DNA of 64,000 nucleotides from Lama glama (lineage: Eukaryota): NCBI GenBank assembly GCA_028534125.1, contig CM052825.1, forward strand, positions 6,758,001-6,822,000, in the 5' to 3' direction. Shown in pieces: positions 61,503-64,000 of the stretch. The notes below the pieces were generated by a model. The model was not told the origin of the DNA. It made no database searches and saw only the letters and a program-made list of their open reading frames with translations. A program made the translations under genes and the position numbers. The number at the start of each line of letters is the position of its first letter. Position 1 is the first letter of the stretch.

Positions 61503-61672
61503 AGAAAGATAAAACAGACTCTGTGCAGGACACACCAGTGTTGGGGGCGAGGGGCTCACTGGAATCGCTACAAGGAGGCCCACAGCCGGAGGACGTGCTC
61601 TTGTCCACTTAGTGCCTGGAGAAGGGCTGCGTGCAGGGTAGGAACTGGCTGAGCAAGACTCCTTCCAGCCCG

Positions 61673-63983
<2,311 letters not shown>

Positions 63984-64000
63984 TTAAACCCTGCCCTTCA

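Overview
Mammalian euchromatic window, probably from a camelid (several tRNA-derived SINEs resemble the camelid Vic-1 type). It carries the conserved gene block PRKRIP1 (+, 6 coding exons, 186 aa), ORAI2 (+, 254 aa), ALKBH4 (-, 302 aa), LRWD1/ORCA (+, 15 exons, about 651 aa) and POLR2J/RPB11 (-, exons 2-4; exon 1 lies beyond the window). All exons were rebuilt by hand with GT-AG junctions and frames that stay in phase. ALKBH4 and LRWD1 share a 218-bp bidirectional promoter. LRWD1 and POLR2J converge on an overlapping two-strand poly(A) signal. The PRKRIP1-ORAI2 intergenic region holds a cluster of decayed gammaretrovirus-like (ERV1) elements. One is a two-LTR provirus with a tRNA-Arg PBS and gag/pro/pol/env remnants, hit by nested L1 and SINE insertions. 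A retroposed U6 with target-site duplication sits in PRKRIP1 intron 4. I found no convincing wholly new biological system; the best leads are regulatory and isoform features and the ERV cluster. Repeat family names are from memory and need RepeatMasker/Dfam confirmation.
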